The position numbers and the translations under genes are program-made. Under the pieces are notes generated by a model. It was given only the letters and a program-made list of their open reading frames with translations, did not search any database and was not told where the DNA came from. From the IMG/VR virus record IMGVR_UViG_3300025930_000007, positions 202,491 to 266,490 of that record: a stretch of DNA of 64,000 nt; one strand, 5' to 3'. Positions 61,884 through 64,000 of this stretch are shown here, piece by piece. Numbering within the stretch: the first letter of the stretch is position 1; each line of letters starts with the position of its first letter.

Positions 61884-63767
61884 TCACCCCATCTTCAGGA
61901 CACGGATTTCGGAACGGTCTACGACATGCAAACCGTTCTTAGCGGGGAAGAGGTGGCATCCAGAATGTACGAAGGGTTCGGCGTCCGGATACTCGGCGGT
62001 CTTCTGAATCACCCCTCCAGCGACTTCTAAACGACAGAGGCCTTCGTCCGTGACCATGAACAGGTACTTTCCGAAAGCGCATTTCCCGCGAATTTCTCCG
62101 AGGATCCCGCCGGCATCCTCCTCGAGGTGTCCTTCGACTTGGCCGGCGCTGTCGATGACGGTGCAGCGCGTGACGATCTTCGGGCCCTGCTTCAGGGTCG
62201 CAAAGAACCAAACCCGATCCTTGGTGAAGAAGGTCGTGGAGTCCATGAGATGGCCGTGAAGGGGCGGCAATTTCACGGTGTCGTTCAGTCGGCCCTGGTT
62301 CACGTCGAAGACGAAGGCCATGGACAGGTTGGCTGCCCGGTAGAAGCCGAAACCGAAAGACTCGCCGACCCAGAAGAGCGTCTGGTTCTGCAGGACGTCT
62401 CCGATTCGCTCCGGGCCCGCGGGACGTTTCCGATAGAGGACGCCGTTCTCGCACCAGATGTAGAAGCTTTCGTTCGCATCGAAGACGGGCAGTTGCCCAT
62501 AGCGATCAACATTCAGGGTCGCATAGTCGGGATTGCCGTCCTCGGACACGATCCGGACCTGGTCGTCATTGCCGACCAGCGTGTAGTCGCCCATGATCCG
62601 ATACCGGGCCCGGAAGCCCGGGTCTTCCTTGAAGGCTACCGATCCGTCTTCACGCTTGAAGTCACGGCCTTCGCGGAATAGATAATTCAGGACCCCACTC
62701 TGGGAGACGGCGAAGAGGATCTCGCCCGAGGTCTTGAAAACGGCCGTCGAAGTCACCTTACCGCGCACTTTGACGGTCTCCTTGATGGCCGCCGGCGCCG
62801 CCTTCTGGCAGCTCGGGCACTTGGGGCGGGCATGCTCGGTGCCGCACCCGCTGCAGACGGTCCAGCGGATATTCATCAGAAGATGCTTCGAAATCTCGCG
62901 CTGCGGCCCTTCGAAGACGCTCTGGAACCAGTCGAGAAAGCTATCCGGAAGCCTATCGAACGGCACCGCGGGCTTCGGATAGATCACATCCTTGTGAAAA
63001 ACGCTGATCCGGTATCCAGGCAGCGGTCGCGCGGCATGCGGGATCTGCTTGTTCTTGTTGCTCGGCCTATAGATCCCTCCGAAAGGATCACAGAGCAGGA
63101 GCGACCGGAAAAGCATCACGTTATAGGCGTACCAGTCGGACGATTCCTTGTGGGGAAACTTGAGGATCGGCCGGGTCTCCTTCGGATCACAGTGGAGCGG
63201 ATCAACGAACCGCTCGGTGTACATCCGGCTGAGATATTTCCCGAACTGGAAGCTGTCGGCGTCGATGATGAAGGGATCTCCAGCCCAGTCGACCAGAATG
63301 TTCAGGTCGTTGAAGTCTCCGATCACGACTTTCCAGTTCTGATGCAGCCGATCGACCGTCTGCCAGAGCTTCTGGAAGATCTCGACGACCTTGTTGTTGT
63401 CTAGCGTGGCGCCGCGGAAGGACCGCTCGGACCAGCGCAGGAGAACCTCGGCCTTGGGCACGTACTCCATGGTGTACCCCAGGATGCGCTGCTCCGTGCG
63501 ATCCGTGACCAGGCTGATCGGCGCCTTCACGTTCAGGCCGGCGAGCTTGGGGAATTCCCGGAGTTTGGTCTGGTGCTCCAGGAGGCGCTGCCGCGCGCCT
63601 TCGGCCTCCTGGCTATTGTTCATGTAGTCCGGGTGATCCGGCTGCTTATAGATCTTCGCGACCGTCCGAGCGTCGATCTTGTAGACGTCCGCCTCGCCTC
63701 CCTTGCCCACGGACTGGGAGGGATCGAGCCGTATCCTCTTCCCGCTGATATAGACTTCCATGCTCAC
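61884..63767 (-). CDS. Ser/Thr-kinase-fold protein (TerY-associated type) with Zn ribbon and beta-rich C-terminus
   Basis: GKGGEADVY, AKIY, IGDFNDLNIL, IDADS, CxxC..CxxC. Confidence 0.85.
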   Translation of the reverse strand: MSMEVYISGKRIRLDPSQSVGKGGEADVYKIDARTVAKIYKQPDHPDYMNNSQEAEGARQRLLEHQTKLREFPKLAGLNVKAPISLVTDRTEQRILGYTMEYVPKAEVLLRWSERSFRGATLDNNKVVEIFQKLWQTVDRLHQNWKVVIGDFNDLNILVDWAGDPFIIDADSFQFGKYLSRMYTERFVDPLHCDPKETRPILKFPHKESSDWYAYNVMLFRSLLLCDPFGGIYRPSNKNKQIPHAARPLPGYRISVFHKDVIYPKPAVPFDRLPDSFLDWFQSVFEGPQREISKHLLMNIRWTVCSGCGTEHARPKCPSCQKAAPAAIKETVKVRGKVTSTAVFKTSGEILFAVSQSGVLNYLFREGRDFKREDGSVAFKEDPGFRARYRIMGDYTLVGNDDQVRIVSEDGNPDYATLNVDRYGQLPVFDANESFYIWCENGVLYRKRPAGPERIGDVLQNQTLFWVGESFGFGFYRAANLSMAFVFDVNQGRLNDTVKLPPLHGHLMDSTTFFTKDRVWFFATLKQGPKIVTRCTVIDSAGQVEGHLEEDAGGILGEIRGKCAFGKYLFMVTDEGLCRLEVAGGVIQKTAEYPDAEPFVHSGCHLFPAKNGLHVVDRSEIRVLKMG

Positions 63768-64000
63768 GACTCACCGTCTCCGAAGCTTTAGCCTGATCTT
63801 CCGGTAAAGGCGCAGATTCCCCCGCTTGAACTTGATATCGTTCTTCACACGAAGGCATTCACGACATTGAGAGATATTGACTTCGAAATAATATTCATCC
63901 CCAGCCGTGGCCGAGCGGTGAACGATATGCCATTTGTGCTTACACATTGCTCATTTCTTCCTCAACAGCTCTCGGACCTTCATGAGCTCGTCGTAGGCGG

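Larger units (their letters stand above)
1..64000. mobile_element. Segment of a large bacteriophage/virus-like element (no structural hallmark genes in window)
   Basis: Very high density of short orphan ORFs with ATGA/TAATG overlaps, strong strand bias, phage-typical auxiliary genes (RNA ligases, Thg1, PolX, SNF2, MTases, ABA-sandwich domains), no cellular core genes. Confidence 0.75.

Noticed and set aside
1-64000. Alternative genetic code, tRNA genes, CRISPR arrays, DGR/retron
   Set aside because: TAA, TAG and TGA all end genes with tight coupling and intact enzymes; no cloverleaf, repeat-spacer array or reverse transcriptase was seen by eye (tRNAscan not run)

Overview
Dense, mostly minus-strand run of ~120 short, tightly overlapping genes with no host housekeeping operons, rRNA, tRNA or CRISPR. 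This is best read as a segment of a large (jumbo-like) bacterial virus or virus-like element in standard genetic code. No capsid, terminase, portal or tail gene is recognisable in the window. DUF1570-like and ClpC-N-like genes hint weakly at a Planctomycetota-like host. Recognisable cargo: RNA repair enzymes (Rnl1, HNH-RNA ligase, Thg1, RlaP-like nucleotidyltransferase), DNA enzymes (ATP-dependent ligase, PolX, SNF2 helicase, C5 and N6 methyltransferases, TGT/DpdA-like protein), glycan enzymes (GT4, 2x GT2, RmlC, TylF), a Mesh1-like HD hydrolase and a kinase-nicotinamidase-vWA module. The main observations, all read from the sequence: (1) ten sigma70-like promoters are each followed immediately by a 5'-leader stem-loop whose stem sequence varies but whose loop is always C-rich (CCCC/CCUCCCCC); (2) many genes behind these hairpins, and other orphan genes, encode proteins sharing an (L/M)G-Q/A/R motif near their termini and at domain borders, which suggests a co-regulated, protease-matured virion protein set that includes a PolX flanked by a duplicated MGAEMLIE(M/L)G motif; (3) a second promoter class carries a GTAWACCGGTAWA operator; (4) a perfect 21-bp GT-N7-AC (NrtR-type) palindrome lies upstream of the nicotinamidase gene. 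All family assignments are from motif recognition only; no database search was run.
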